NCBI GenBank assembly: GCA_002633005.1
Contig: NMRA01000092.1
Location: 260,191 to 324,190, forward strand
Length of the DNA stretch: 64,000 bases
Source of the DNA: Phoronis australis
Taxonomy: Eukaryota; Animalia; Phoronida
Direction: 5' to 3'
Positions 62,690 through 64,000 of this stretch are shown one piece after another (position 1 is the stretch's first letter; every line of letters starts with the position of its first letter). Made by a program: the position numbers and the translations under genes. The notes below the pieces were generated by a model, which was not told the DNA's origin, did not search any database, and saw nothing but the letters and a program-made list of their open reading frames with translations.

Positions 62690-63150
62690 CACAGGCAAAA
62701 AATTGTCACCAGGTGATGCCACAGTTGTCGGACCCGTCCAAAAATTATTGACGACCATGCTCTTCTCAGTAGGAACACATACAACAATTCCCACGATCCT
62801 TTGAGCAATTTGGCAAATAGGGCGGCAGACGTCAAAAAACAGACTCAAAAATAATAAGAATGGCTGCTAGGATGAATCTCTCTGAAAACAGGTGGGTGTC
62901 ATAGTCTCCTTAATAAAAATCTATTCGCCAAATTTCTACGATACAGCGAAAAACGTCAAAAATTGGGGAACAGCGGTAGTCCAACATATTCAAAAGTTGT
63001 CTTCATTTGCTACTCTTTCACAAGAATTAGGAATACACTTGTCAAATTTCACAAAGACCCTACGAGTAGTTTATGAGAAACATTCGCCTATGCAGAAACA
63101 AAACTGCCATTAGGGATGTCATCGTAGTCAAAGCCATCGGATCGAAAAAT
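62690..63150. mobile_element. Decayed copy of the HINE internal tandem units
   Basis: aaattgtcaccaggtgatgccacagttgtcggacccgtcc and aactgccattagggatgtcatcgtagtc resemble the units at 55200-56400. Confidence 0.6.
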
Positions 63151-63794
63151 TACATTAGCTGTGCTCCAGGCCTTCATGCAGCATATGTCCTGGGCGTCCT
63201 GGCAAGGACGTCCTATGTATCATTTGTTCGCCCTGCCAATCAGAATTTCTCCTTTGGACACCCACATTATAAGAACATTAGGACACCCCAGTTAATGAGA
63301 GAGAAGTTGGTCCTTACAACTCAGAAATAAATATACAATGTATATAAAATGTTACAGAGTTCAAACTATTTTCAAAGTATGTAGTAGAAATGTCAATTGT
63401 ACAACAAAATTGTCAAATTTCACAACAATCACGCCAGGGGTTTGGAAGATGCATCCACAAACCTCGGCTTGACCTGGACGGAGTTGATGGCAATATCTGA
63501 CAACATACATGGGGACATAAAAATGTTTGGTTTTTACTTTTCACAGGCTGATTAACACGCAGCAATTTGTTGCAAGAAACGCAAACTTTACGAAAGGTTA
63601 TTTTATGACAGAAACACAATTGATATAAAACAAATAAATAATAGAGACTACATTTTTTGTAATATTTATCTATGTTGATTTCAATGAAATTAAATCCAGT
63701 TGTCTGCAGTGCTGAAAGATAAAACCTCAAGTTTTTTTATGAACATGTTATGCTGTGGAGACCACACAGTAAATGAAAGCGTTCCGAGGAGCGA

Positions 63795-64000
63795 ACCTTG
63801 GCGAAATTAACCAAAAAGATGACGATAAAGATGATGACGAAGATGACGAATATGACGAAGATGGTGGCGAGGATGAACAAAAGAAGTAATAATAACATAC
63901 ACATGACGAACGTAGAAGTCCGAAATCAGTAAGAAAAAGGCTAGTCTTGAGCGACACTTGGCGAAATTAAGGAAAAGACGGAGATGATGACGAAGATGAT
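63795..64000. repeat. (GAT/GAC/GAA) low-complexity repeat with a duplicated cttggcgaaattaa
   Basis: gatgacgataaagatgatgacgaagatgacgaa; the unit restarts at about 63957. Confidence 0.7.

Noticed and set aside
63748-63957. Ser-rich 69-aa ORF or acidic plus-strand reading
   Set aside because: Low-complexity trinucleotide repeat in a neuralized intron.

Overview
This is intron-rich, AT-rich animal DNA, not prokaryotic. The repeat types suggest a marine invertebrate such as a mollusc, but that is inference. Genes reconstructed by hand from splice sites: (1) a 3'-truncated Dispatched-like sterol-sensing/RND membrane protein (minus, 4035 to the window start); (2) an intronless, divergent 7TM GPCR-like ORF (plus, 10057-10854); (3) a complete 18-exon WDR6/Trm734 gene (minus, 32665-16191, about 1055 aa), whose first coding intron appears to start with GA and whose last three exons appear twice; (4) an intronless 486-aa orphan ORF (plus, 49899-51359); (5) the last three exons of neuralized (minus, 62574-58760). 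Between them lie a Mutator-like foldback element with a 9-bp TSD, a MITE family, Helentron-type (HINE) elements, LINE and Penelope remnants, a C2H2 zinc-finger pseudogene and several minisatellites. The most striking signals are a HINE whose ~145-160 bp tandem units each carry a co-oriented CTCF-like motif, a 30-bp minisatellite built from a WDR6 splice acceptor, the G|GAAAGT donor, and twin furin sites in the Dispatched-like ectodomain. Both large duplications end at single-N joins and are probably uncollapsed haplotypes. No database searches were run.
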